From: Eledone cirrhosa
Lineage: Eukaryota
Length of the DNA stretch: 64,000 bases
Reading direction: 5' to 3'
Assembly (NCBI GenBank): GCA_964016885.1
Contig: OZ024745.1
Location: 53,878,001-53,942,000, forward strand
Positions within the stretch are counted from its first letter, which is position 1. Every line of letters starts with the position of its first letter. Shown here piece after piece: positions 11,197 to 24,280 of the stretch. The notes under the pieces were generated by a model, which was given only the letters and a program-made list of their open reading frames with translations, did no database searches and had not been told where the DNA came from. Made by a program: the position numbers and the translations under genes.

Positions 11197-14100
11197 GCTT
11201 GTATATGTATAATAAAGCCAAAACAATGCAGGCATGGAATAGAATAAAGAATGCAAATGCAAAAGATATTGTTGACAATTAGTCTTTTACCTTAGATTTA
11301 TTTAAATGTCCTTAATTTTTGAGATAATATCTCTTCTTCGGAGGGAAGTAAAGCGGTTAAACCAGTGTTCTAAATAGCTTGCCAAGTCATGCTGACAGGA
11401 AATGGTATAGAGTATCTGTTCTATCTCTAATGTCAAAGAGTTAGGTTAGGTGGATAAAGAGTAGTCTCCCTTTAAAAGGTTTTTTTTTTTTTTTGTACAT
11501 GTCTGTTTAAGTGTGTGGGAGAAAGCATGAAGGTGTAAGTATGTGAGTGTGTGTGTGTGAGTGTGATAACATATGTCTATACGTAAATGTGGGGGATAGA
11601 TGTTATCTCGTGTTAGAACTGGTCTTTGTGTGTGTATGTGTGTGTGTGAGAGAGAATAAATGGAGGTGTAAGCGCGCGTGTGTGTGTGTGTACGTGTGTG
11701 TGTGTGTGTGGGGTAAATATGGGGCTAGATGCTCTATCAAGTTATAAATTGGGTGTTGAGTTCTAGTCTATTATTGATTGGTGGTTGTGTTTTGTCTATA
11801 ATTAGTGCTTCCTTAATTCTAAGATTGCCGAGGTTTCTTTCCTTAGTTTCTATCCTAACTGTTATGGTTTTGTCGGTGTTTTTGCATTTAACTAGGTGTT
11901 TCTTAAATGAGGAAGCGTTAGTATTGAGGTGTTCTTTTATTCTTATGTGGAGTGGTCTGGTGGTGCTACCTACGTAGAAGTTGCTGCATTTGTCACACTC
12001 TAGTCTGTATACGACGTAAGCCTGATGGCATAGGTCTGTGTCGTTGATGGGGCAGTTGGCTAGCCTGCAGCAGTTGTCATGTCTGGTGGAGTGTCTTTTG
12101 GTTAGCTGTCCGCGTAGAGAAGGACCTGAGTGGGCCAGTTGGATATCTAGTCCCTCTCGCCTGATAGCTCTGCGAATGGCTGTTGTTGTTTCGTCACTGA
12201 AGTGTGGGAGCTTCAGGAAGCAAGTGTTAGTGCCTCGGGTGTTGTGTCCTCTGTTCTTTCTGGCACGGTTTGTGGTGGATGTCGTGTATCCGTTCAGTTT
12301 GAGTACTTCCAGGAAATGTGTGGTGTGTGTGTCTCGGTCTCTAGCCTCGGTGCATTTGTTCCGGATACGTGTAGTTCGTTCCTTATGTATCCGAATTTAG
12401 CGCCGGCTGGGAGGGCCGATCTGAAATGTACGAACAGGTCCCTGCTGGCGGCTTTTTTTTTATAGAAGCAGGTGTGGATGTTGCCTTCCTCTGTTACCCT
12501 GAGTTGGAAGTCCAGTAGGGATAGGGATCCGCGGTCATCGGGGTGTTCCATGCTGAACTTTATGCTGGCGTCCATGCTGGAGAATGTTGTGTATATTTTA
12601 TCTGCCTCCTCACGGGATGATGTAAGGATGAGTATGTCATCTACATATCGGGTGAAGAAGGTATGGGAATGGCAGGTGTTGAGGGCTCGGCATTCTAGCT
12701 GGTTCATATAGATGATGGCCAGCAGGCCCGATAGGCTGGATCCCATGGGTAATCCTGTTGTCTGTCTGTATGTGTGGTGGTGTACGTGTTGTCTACTGTG
12801 AAGGACAAAAGCTGGTGTATGTCCGTCGGATGGAGGCCGTAGCAGTGGATGTCCTCTGCGACCACGCAGTCCGTCAATAAATCGACAGCTGGATGAGCGG
12901 GGACTGTAGTGTAGAGACAACGTCGAGGATAAAGGCGTATCTATTTAGTTTAAGTTGTTCTGGCTGGAGTTGGTGTAGTCTATGTATGACTTCGTCGGAG
13001 CTACTGACATGCCCCGGAAAGGTGGAGAGTAGAGGCTTGAGGACCTGGGAGAGGAGCCAGGAAATTTTGTATAGGGGTCCTTCTATGCTCGAGACGATGG
13101 GTCTTATTTGCGTCTTAGTACTATTCTTGTGGGTCTTGATGAGGTGGGAGAAAGTGGGCAGTCTGCTATTTCTAGTGGTGTAGTTGAGCTTAACTTTATT
13201 TGGGAGTTGTCTTATCCTACAGATATCGAACCAGATGAAGTTGGTCTGTTTTTCGATCTGGGCTGCAGTCATGTCCGGGATTTCTGTATATAATTCATTG
13301 TCGCTTAGGTGTTCAAAGGCTAGGTTGTTGTATGTGGCTTGAGAGATGACGCAAAACTCTTTACCTTTGTCGGATGGTAAGTATATAAGTTCCCTATTCC
13401 GTAGGTTCTTCATGGCGAGTTGTTGTGTCCTGGAGAGGTTTGGAGCTATCTTCTTCTGTTTCCATAAGATGTTAAATACGGAATGTTTTAGCCTCGAGAG
13501 ATTTTCTTCAAGCTCGCGGTTGGCAGGCGGTGGACAGAGTGGGCGATCCAGTTGGTATATCTGGAATCTGGGTTTGTTAGATTCCGTGGTGTTGTTGCGG
13601 AGAGTCGATATCCATTTTAGTTGGTAGGCAGCCCGACAGAAATTCGTTTCTATGTCGAGCCATAATTTGTCGTCCAGTCTCTGTTTCAATATGAACTTGG
13701 GACCCACGCTGAGGAGGTCTAATTCCTCTCGGGAGAGGGATCCTGTCAAGTCTGTGACGAGGTGTTTTGCGTCAGGTGTGTTGTTGGTCGGGGCGCCGCT
13801 AGGTTCGGTGTTGGTGCCGTCTTGTTCGCCTCTGTTGGTGCTTAGAGTTGGGATGTTGTTAAGACGGTTAGTCGTGCTGAGTTTGAGAAATTTTTGCGTT
13901 AGGCGTAATTTCTCGTAGTCTCGGCGATGGTGGTATGACCTGTCTATAGCGGCGGAGATGACTCTGGACAGAGGTTCTGGGGTTTCAGCGAGTTGTGGTA
14001 CAATGCTGGAAATAGTCCGTATGTGTTGTAGCGTGCGGTGTAGGTGTTGTATGAGTTTTCTTAGGCAGAATTTTTGTATGTAACTAAGTGATCGTTTGAG

Positions 14101-14449
14101 GCCTGGTGATTTGAAGCATGTTAGTAGGTGCAAGTTTTTGATAGTTTTGTGGATTATGTTGTTATTCAGGCATCGTTTTAGGAAGTTTATTTTGCAGCCG
14201 GCTTCGGCGCACTTTTCAGATAGCTGGAAGAGTTTCTTTACAGTTGTGAACTGGGCCTGGCTCAGGCGTAAGGAAAGGAGGAAGTTATAGTTCACTTGAA
14301 GCATTGTGTAATGAGGTATAAACGTTTGTATATGTATAATAAAGCCAAAACAATGCAGGTATGGACATAGAATAAAGAATGCAAATGCAAAAGATATTGT
14401 TGACAATTAGTCTTTTACCTTAGATTTATTTAAATGTCCTTAATTTTCG

Positions 14450-14450
<1 letters not shown>
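11192..14450 (-). mobile_element. Near full-length Penelope-like element with direct pseudo-LTRs, inserted in (TA)n
   Basis: Direct repeat of ~130 bp (11192-11322 / 14320-14450) overlapping the ORF 5' region; RT and GIY-YIG coding region between; (TA)n on both sides. Confidence 0.95.
11737..14304 (-). pseudogene. PLE polyprotein (RT + GIY-YIG endonuclease), frameshifted
   Basis: ATG 14304 (MLQVNYNF); PSDKG, IKTHK, RPIVS, GLPMGS, RYVDD, YVVY...FYVGST...RIKEH. Small deletions near 12915, 12781 and 12372 relative to the copy at 43668-45197. Confidence 0.92.
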
Positions 14451-14541
<91 letters not shown>

Positions 14542-14547
<6 letters not shown>

Positions 14548-14661
14548 AGGAAAAAGTATGACTGGACTCATATACATATACATATACATATATATGAGTC
14601 CAGAAATAGCCGTCGAAACGGCTTGAGCTCTGCCGTCGGGGTCATACTTTTTCCTATACAT
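14542..14661. repeat. Short nested inverted-repeat element in (TA)n with an HHR 3' half
   Basis: Outer IR ATGTATAGGAAAAAGTATGAC / GTCATACTTTTTCCTATACAT; inner IR CTGGACTCATATA / TATATGAGTCCAG; GAAA-CGGC...GCCG-TC at 14615-14637. Confidence 0.6.
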
Positions 14662-14693
14662 ATATATATATATACATATATATACATATATAT

Positions 14694-14789
<96 letters not shown>

Positions 14790-14791
<2 letters not shown>

Positions 14792-15572
14792 GATAACACG
14801 TTATCCTTATAGGTAATCCAGTTAGAGGTTGTGAGTACTCTGTGTCGTGGATAGTTTGACATCTATTAGCTGTCAAACGGCCAACTGGTCACTCGATCAT
14901 AAATCTCTGAACCTTTCTTTCACCCTCTCCTCCCTCCCTGAAACAGCATCAACCCCATTAAGATAGAACAATCAGCAACACATTTACAACAAGCGTCTAT
15001 CAAACGTCCCGTAATGTCATCCCTAGCCCATAAATCTTACACACGTATCCACAAATTAATCTCTAATTTATTGTTTTTTCTTTTATCTGCTACCACATCA
15101 GACCCTCTACACGTATCTATGTACATCTCGAATCTGGTTTCCCATGTTAGTACTAAACCCACCAACGAATCCTTATAAGAACACTTACTCAAAAACTACT
15201 ACTAACATACTATGTACTTATATGCTCTCACTTATTTATTTCTCTATATTTTCCATTCTCTCATTTCCTTATTTTTTAATGTACCCTATCTTATCTTTTT
15301 ACTTTTACATCTGTAACTTCTCTACCTATTTACCATATTATTGATGTTATTGTTTTGATTATACGCTATTTTTCTTGCCTCGAGTGAATTATTTTCATAT
15401 TATTTTCATACTCTGATGTGTTGACCAGAGGTAAATAATGTATTGGAGATCGAGTGGCGCAACCTCAAGCGATTAGCGAACTCTAGACTCACCTGATCAA
15501 CGAAACAATTGTCAGTACTTTCAATAAAGTCCTTATTGTACAGCCAGCCATGTTACTCTTCATTCTTTAACT
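14790..15572 (+). mobile_element. PLE 3' UTR/pLTR remnant between (TA)n tracts
   Basis: Pyrimidine-rich UTR-like sequence ending in an HHR motif and AATAAA (15523-15528). Confidence 0.6.
15409..15517 (+). ncRNA. Type I hammerhead ribozyme motif with long stem II
   Basis: TACT-CTGATGT-GTTGACCAG...CTGATCAAC-GAAA-CAATTG-TC-AGTA: stem I TACT/AGTA, palindromic stem III, GUC site; core A9 is T. Confidence 0.7.
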
Positions 15573-15735
15573 ATATATATATATATATATTTATTTATAT
15601 CTATAATGTATGTATATATGTGTGAGTGTGTGTATTTACGTGTATATATATATATATATTACCCACTCTACTACCCTAAGTATTGAGTACTTTGGTGCGT
15701 TATGGTCCACCTGGTCCCTTACCACATTTACTTCG

Positions 15736-15767
<32 letters not shown>

Positions 15768-15770
<3 letters not shown>

Positions 15771-15976
15771 TCACGGGATCAATCAAGGGGTGGGGGACCA
15801 CAATAAGTAAGGTACTCAATACATTAGTAGAGTGTATACAACAAATTTAATATAGAAATGGCTTCTACACGACTAGAACTGTTTCATTTGAAGGAAATTG
15901 ATCGAATGAAATCATTCGAATGAAACAGTTCAAGTCCTGTAGAAGCCATTTAGCCATTTCTATATTAAATTTGTTA
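15768..15976. mobile_element. Fold-back pLTR remnant (same family as 54981-55191)
   Basis: Arms ~15840-15890 / ~15917-15975; GAAACAG...CTGTA-GAAG HHR 3' half; left flank homologous to 54981-55045. Confidence 0.7.
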
Positions 15977-16859
15977 TATATATATATCATCATCGTTTTA
16001 ACATCCACTTTTCCAGCTAGTAGTACAGAAGTGGAGCTACTGATCTCTGAGACAGGCTAGGGATCTGTGTCTCACTGATGTACAGTCTCACATTCCACTG
16101 AGTGCACAGGAAAGAATGCCATGTCCTTAACACAACTGAAGGGTCCTCCTAGCTCTTTGTCTGGCAAACTTTCCACATCTGAATGCCTTTCCTATCACCA
16201 ATCACTTTACAGCATATACTGAGAGCATTTATCATGTAGACTACCAACACTAGGGAAGCTGTCATATCCTTGACTTGACTAAAGGGTCCTACTAATCCTT
16301 TGTCTGGCAAGCCCTCCATGGCTGAAAGCCCTTCCCATCACCAACCACTTCTCAGGGGATCAGCTGCTAGGAATGTGGGGGAAGGGCATACATCTGTGTA
16401 TGTGGGTGTATGTGTGCATATATATATATATATATATAAACGCATACATATATATTTATATATATATTGTGATAATCCCAAATTGGTATTCATGCCACCC
16501 CATAGCTATGGTCATGAAACTTTGGTAATCACCAAAAGAATATGGTTCCGAATACAAGTGGCCAAAATGGGGTCTTTGGAGAAATGTAACTTGATAGAGT
16601 GTGTAGCTCAGAGATCAAGGAGTCACTCCAGGTAGAGCGACCACAGCTCCGATATTACAGACATGTGGTTAGAATGTCTCAGGAAAGAATGGTTGCATAG
16701 ATTTTACGGGGAAAACCAGCCACAAGTTAGATTGTTGGATAACATCCATGAGCTTGGCTGGTCTTGCTTGAGGATTCAGCCTGATCAATTGGAGACAGTT
16801 GCTTCTGACAGTACCTACCCAGGAATACATTAACTAAGAAGAAGAATATACATCTATAT

Positions 16860-17225
16860 ATCATCATCATCATCATCATCGTTTAACGTCCACTTTCCAT
16901 GCTAGTATGGGTTACATAGGTTGTACCATTTGAGGCAAGTTGGGTCAGGTGACCGTGTCTTGCTTATATAGAACTGTTTCTAGCTAGATTTCTACAGCTG
17001 GATGCTCTTCCTAACACCAAACACAATTACAATGTGTGCTGGGTGCTTTTTGTCGTGACTCCTACATGACCACTTTACAGTGTGGGCTGGGTGATTTTTG
17101 TTGTGACACCTACACGACCACCTTACAGTGTAGGCTGGGTGCTTTTTGTCGTGACACCTACATGACCACCTTACAGTGTGACCTGGGTGCTTTTTGTCAT
17201 GACACCTACACGACCACTGTAAATT
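16860..17225 (-). mobile_element. Non-autonomous RTE-derived element with tandem 48-bp units
   Basis: Reverse-orientation homolog of 6085-6440; gives the 16-aa periodic spurious ORF LGAFCRDTYTTTLQC. Confidence 0.7.
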
Positions 17226-17240
17226 GGTTGTGTAGGTATC

Positions 17241-17289
<49 letters not shown>

Positions 17290-17477
17290 GTGAGGTTTTT
17301 TTTACAAAATGAAAAATAACCGAGGTGTCCTACACGAGTGGAAGTATAAAGAAAAAGAGATGAAATCGAAAATGCAACTGAAGTCTTATTTAAAAAAAAA
17401 ATATATATATTTATTTGGTTCCTTTAAGGAACCAAATAAATATATATATTAAGTGCCTATAATGCATATAAATGTAA

Positions 17478-17975
17478 AAAACCATAAGTATACCACCAAT
17501 ACATCAAACTAACCATAATATCTCCTCAAATACAGAATTAACGAAAGGTTGTAACTGTAGAAACAAAGCAAACTGCCCATTAAAAGGAAATTGTCTTGTT
17601 AACAACATAGTTTATAAATGTAAAGTTAAAACTAAAGATTCTATTTGCTCATATATAGGAGCTACTTCTAACAATTTTAAGGTAAGGTTTAATACCCACA
17701 AACATAGTTTTAAAAATGCCGCACTGGCTAATACAACATCTCTAGCAGAAAAAATTAATAGTTATAGAAATAAGAATATAGAATATGATATGACCTGGAG
17801 TGTGCTCAAAAGAGCCACCCCTTATCAAAATAATAGAAATGAATGTAGATTGTGTTCCCAAGAACTATTTGAAATAATGAAATCTAAGGATATCCTATTA
17901 AATAAGCGACAGGAATTAATTATATCGTGTAATCATAAACTGAGAAAAACATTTAAATATTATAAACGTAATTAA
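17478..17975 (+). pseudogene. GIY-YIG endonuclease C-terminal region of a PLE (Naiad-like signature)
   Basis: Stop-free frame: GCNCRNKANCPLKGNCLVNNIVYKC...SYIGATSNNFKVRFNTHKHSF...CRLCSQE...LLNKRQELIISCNH. Longer than the ORF track shows because no upstream start codon is present. Clade call is from recall. Confidence 0.88.
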
Positions 17976-18900
17976 TAATATATATTTTAGAAATTAATAT
18001 ATAAATTAATTTAAATGTAGTTAACCTATAATTTTAATTTAATTAAAATTCTACTACAGATGAAATTAAAAAATATCGTATAATCATAAACTGTGAAAAA
18101 CTTTTAAATATTATTAACATAATTAATATATACTTTGGAAATTAATATATAGATTAATTTTAGTTTATTTAACCTTTTATTAAAATTCCTTTACAGATGA
18201 AATATAACAAAATATCGTGTAATCAATAACAGAGAAATACTTTTTAATATTATAAACCTAATTAATATACAATTTAGAAATTAATTTATAAATTAATTTT
18301 AATTTAGTTAACCTATAATTTTAATTTAGTTAGCTTAAAATTAAAATTCTAATACAGATGGATTGCAGAATATCGTGTAATCATAAACTGAGAAAAACTT
18401 TTAAATATCTACCTAATTAATATATTCTTTACAAATAAATATATAGATTAATTTTAATTTAGTTAACCTATAATTATATTCTACTATAGATAAAATACAA
18501 AATTTTGCTTTAATTATTATAAACCTAATTAACATATACTATAGAAATTAATATATAATTTTTAATTTAGTTAACCTATAATTAATATTCTACTACCGAT
18601 GAAATACTTAATTTGGCTTTCCCTATTACAAAATTCATTTCCTAAAATTGATACCATCATGTTAATATTTTTAATTTAGTTATGCTATAATTAATACTCT
18701 ACTACTGTTTAACTTCAAAATTCCGCTTTAAATATTATAAACCTAAGTAGTATACACCTTAGAAATTAATATATTAACTATTTTTACTTTAATAAACCTA
18801 TAATTAATAGTCTACTTATATTAAAATGCATAATTTAGCCTTCTTTCTTACAAATACCATTTCCTAATACTGACACTACTATGTAAACACATATTATGAT
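17921..18900 (+). repeat. Degenerate ~140-160 bp AT-rich tandem repeat
   Basis: ATATCGTGTAATCATAAACTG-like starts near 17922, 18073, 18212 and 18370; later copies are shortened and decayed. Confidence 0.8.
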
Positions 18901-19099
18901 TTAAATGCAGATTAATATTCTATGTTCCTTGAAACCTATATTTACTATTTCCCACTAATAATTTTAACCCCCCCCCCCCATAATTATTCGTATTTGTAAG
19001 CGTGGATGAATGTATGTGTATGTAAGTATGTATGTATGTTTGTGTGTTTGTATGTGAGTATAAAAATACATATGTGCGCATGTAAATAAGTGTGTATGA

Positions 19100-19187
<88 letters not shown>

Positions 19188-19274
19188 GTGTATGTATGTA
19201 TGTGTATGTATATGTATTTGTAGAGATGTGTGTATGTATGTGTATATATGTGCATAATTGTCTGACTGTGTGTA

Positions 19275-19321
<47 letters not shown>

Positions 19322-19464
19322 ATGTATGTCTCTATATTTATGTATGTCTGAGTGTGTGTGTGTGTGTGGTTGCGTGTATATATACATGGGTATATGTGTG
19401 TATGTATATATATGTATATGTATGTGTGTGTGTGTGTATATATATGTGTGTATATATATGTGTG

Positions 19465-19495
<31 letters not shown>

Positions 19496-19554
19496 ATGTA
19501 TGTGTATGTATGTGTGTATGTGTGTGTACATATATGTATATATGTGTGTTGTGT

Positions 19555-19607
<53 letters not shown>

Positions 19608-20365
19608 TGTATTTATATGTATGAGTATATGTTTTACTTGTTTTTATGTATATACATACAAACAGGTTAATATGCGTGAGGTTAAGTATGTGTATGTGTG
19701 TGTGTGTACGTATGTATGTATCGAACGTATGGATGTGTAAATGTGCGTATGTATATAAGCATGTATATTTTATGTCTCTCTTTTATGTTTTTTTATGTTT
19801 TTATTATATTTCTTTTTTATTTCTAACTTTATAGATACATTTTTATAAATATGCTGAGTTTGACACCCTCCTTAATTACTTACTCCCTTACCTCCTTTTA
19901 ATTCTGCATCTAAATGTGTGTGTGGCCGTGTTTATGTGTGCGCCTCAATATCCATATAGTTATAATAATAATATATACGTATGTGTGTGTGTGTGTGTGT
20001 ATGTATGTGTGTGTTCGTAGGTATGTGTGTGTTTATGTGTATATGCGTGTGTGTGTATGAATGTATGTATATGTGTGTATATATGTATGTATATATATAT
20101 ATGTATATGTATGTATATTTTGTCTGTGGATTATAAACATACAGAGACATTAGCCCTAAATTTTTATATTTACATACACTTTTTCGACATACGTATGCAT
20201 GTGAACATACATTTTTATGCATATCTGTGAACGAAGTTACTTACATATATACACACACCTGACTGTATTTTCTTGATGAATTTTTATGTATTTCATTGGT
20301 CTATTTAAAATCTGTTCCCAAACAGACCTGTAATTTTGAATTGTTGTTATTATCAATAAATATAC

Positions 20366-20508
20366 TTCATTATTTCTGAAGACAGCATATATATGTGATG
20401 GTATGTATATTCTCCTTGATAGTTTGTATAATTTTGTACATAGATCTTTTGAATATGCATGCCAATTCTAACACATATATGTCCTAGAAACGATCGTTAA
20501 ATAATGAA
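20366..20508 (+). ncRNA. Type I hammerhead ribozyme motif with ~100-nt stem II
   Basis: TTCATTATTT-CTGAAGA-[CATATATATGTG...CACATATATG]-GAAA-CGATCG-TT-AAATAATGAA; perfect 10-bp stem I and palindromic stem III. Confidence 0.8.
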
Positions 20509-20562
20509 CTTTTTTTGTTTAATATAAGGAACTGTTTCTTTGTTTTATTCATTATTTTTTAA

Positions 20563-20632
<70 letters not shown>

Positions 20633-20999
20633 CAGGTACACATACATATATGCACGTATCAGTTTAGCGGACGCTTATTATAACGCCGCTTTGTTGGTTT
20701 GTAAACAAACTGAACAGCCTGAATTTATGCCGTACGGTGTTAAGGCAACCACGTCACCTTTTTGTTCAACACTGACACAGGAACGATGTACTAGTTTCAA
20801 GCTTGTTAGCTATCATCAGCACCGTATACCCTTCTGCCAGATAGTTATATATATATATCGTTGTGGGGTTAAGAAGTTTGCTTCGCAACCACATATTTCT
20901 GGTTTCAGTTCCACTGTAATATACCTGTTGTGTGAGTGAAAATTTGTTTGATAAAATTTGCGGAAACCCATCAGGTAAGCTATCTGATACTGTATGGAT

Positions 21000-21432
21000 T
21001 AAGATCTCCATTGAAAGGTCTGTAGTGTGAAGGTTTTTCTGTTGATAGGGTTTAGTATTTAGGGCACTATAGTGTACATGTAGAGAGTATTTGGTGGTTG
21101 GAGAGAATTGAAGCAAGTTGGATGTGTAATGTTAGTATACATAAATGAGAGGGTTTGGATGAGAGAAAAAATGGTTATAAGAGGAATCAAATGTAGGATG
21201 CAAGAAAGAAGTTTGCTCTAGTATGGACATGTGATGCATATAGATGATGGTTGATAGATGAAGAAAAGCCAGATGCCAGAGAAATAAATCTGCAGTGTAG
21301 CAAGATGGAAAAAAAAAACTTGGTTGGAGTTGATTAGTGCTAATCTCAAAACACAAAACCTCACAGATGAGATGATGAAGGAATGCAATAAGTAGAAAGC
21401 ATAAAAAATGTAAAATGATGATGAGGATGATG
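21000..21432 (+). mobile_element. Degraded RTE LINE 3' end
   Basis: Remnant of RL.WYGHV.. and D..KE tail followed by (GAT)n; similar to 5014-5700. Confidence 0.6.
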
Positions 21433-21463
21433 TTGGTATATGTATATATATAGATAATGTATT

Positions 21464-21515
<52 letters not shown>

Positions 21516-21724
21516 AAAGTGAGGTTTTTTTTACAAAATGAAAAAAAAGAGGTGTCCTACACGAATGAAAGTATAAGGAAAAGATGAAAGTATAAGGAAA
21601 AAAGAGGAAAAAAGGAACCAAATAAATATATATTTAAAAAAAAAGACTCTAGTTGCATTTTCGATTTCATCTTTTTTTCCTATATATATATATTTAATAT
21701 ATTTATGTCTATGTCTATGCCTAT

Positions 21725-21765
<41 letters not shown>

Positions 21766-21817
21766 GATAGATAGATAGATGTATTTATCTATAAGTATAT
21801 ATATATATATATATATA

Positions 21818-22332
<515 letters not shown>

Positions 22333-22369
22333 TATACATATATATATATATACATATATATATACGTAT

Positions 22370-22688
22370 ATTGTTATACTTGGGGAGGGTCATATTTGTG
22401 TAATATTGCCAGAATTAATAACAGAACACACTCACTGTTATTTATGATAAACTATATATATGTGTTTGTGTCTATATTGTATCTGTATTATTTTTGACCG
22501 TTAGTCAGTCAATGGCAACATTGAGGACCGAGTAAGTTAGATTACCGATATAAAAGACAGCGAGAAGCGAAAACCAACCAAACAGTGAGTGTGTTCTGTT
22601 ATTAATTCTGGCAATATTACACAAATATGACCCTCCCCAAGTATAACAATATTTGTTTCGACACACGATTTCATATAAAAAAACCTCG
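22370..22688. mobile_element. PLE family X terminal fragment with inverted 5' copy
   Basis: 22370-22439 is the reverse complement of ~22581-22650; (TA)n flanks. Confidence 0.8.
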
Positions 22689-22710
22689 TATATACGTATA
22701 TATATATATA

Positions 22711-23111
22711 TATATTAATAAGAGGAATTCCAACTTTGTCTGATTTACTCGTTTTATTTACAATTCTTTAAAATATATATAATATGGTATTATAATGAAA
22801 TAGTATGATAGAATATTAAATTCTTAGTGTTAATTGAACAAGTACTTTCATGCTTTCGCAATCTTCAGGTTCATGATATGTGGTGACAGTCGAGTTTGCA
22901 ATTTTCAACTCAGTTGAAAATTGCAAACTCGACTGTCACCACATATCATGAACCTGAAGATTGCGAAAGCATGAAAGAACTTGTTCAATTAACACTAAGA
23001 ATTTAATATTCTATCATACTATTTCATTATAATACCATATTATATATATTTTAAAGGATTGTAAATAAAACGAGTAAATCAGACAAAGTTGGAATTCCTC
23101 TTATTAATATA
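22711..23111. repeat. Near-perfect 400-bp palindrome carrying a minimal HHR on each arm
   Basis: 200-bp arms around a single C at 22911; I saw two mismatches. Confidence 0.95.
22835..22873 (-). ncRNA. Minimal type I hammerhead ribozyme
   Basis: TGAAC-CTGAAGA-TTGC-GAAA-GCAT-GAAA-GTAC-TT-GTTCA; mirror copy on + at 22949-22987 with one stem III change. Confidence 0.8.
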
Positions 23112-23161
23112 ATCTTCTATACACAATCATACACGCCCGTGTATATTTACCTATCTATATC

Positions 23162-23260
<99 letters not shown>

Positions 23261-23270
23261 ATATATATAT

Positions 23271-24280
<1,010 letters not shown>

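Larger units (their letters stand above)
17447..20570 (+). mobile_element. 5'-truncated Penelope-like element (GIY-YIG end, long repetitive 3' UTR, HHR)
   Basis: Endonuclease frame to 17975, ~150-bp tandem repeats, microsatellite block, HHR at 20366-20508, then (TA)n. That all parts belong to one element is inferred. Confidence 0.7.

Noticed and set aside
11729-14290. Plus-strand ORFs over the PLE (also 43684-44640) and minus-strand ORFs over the RTE
   Set aside because: Antisense shadows of retroelement coding sequence.
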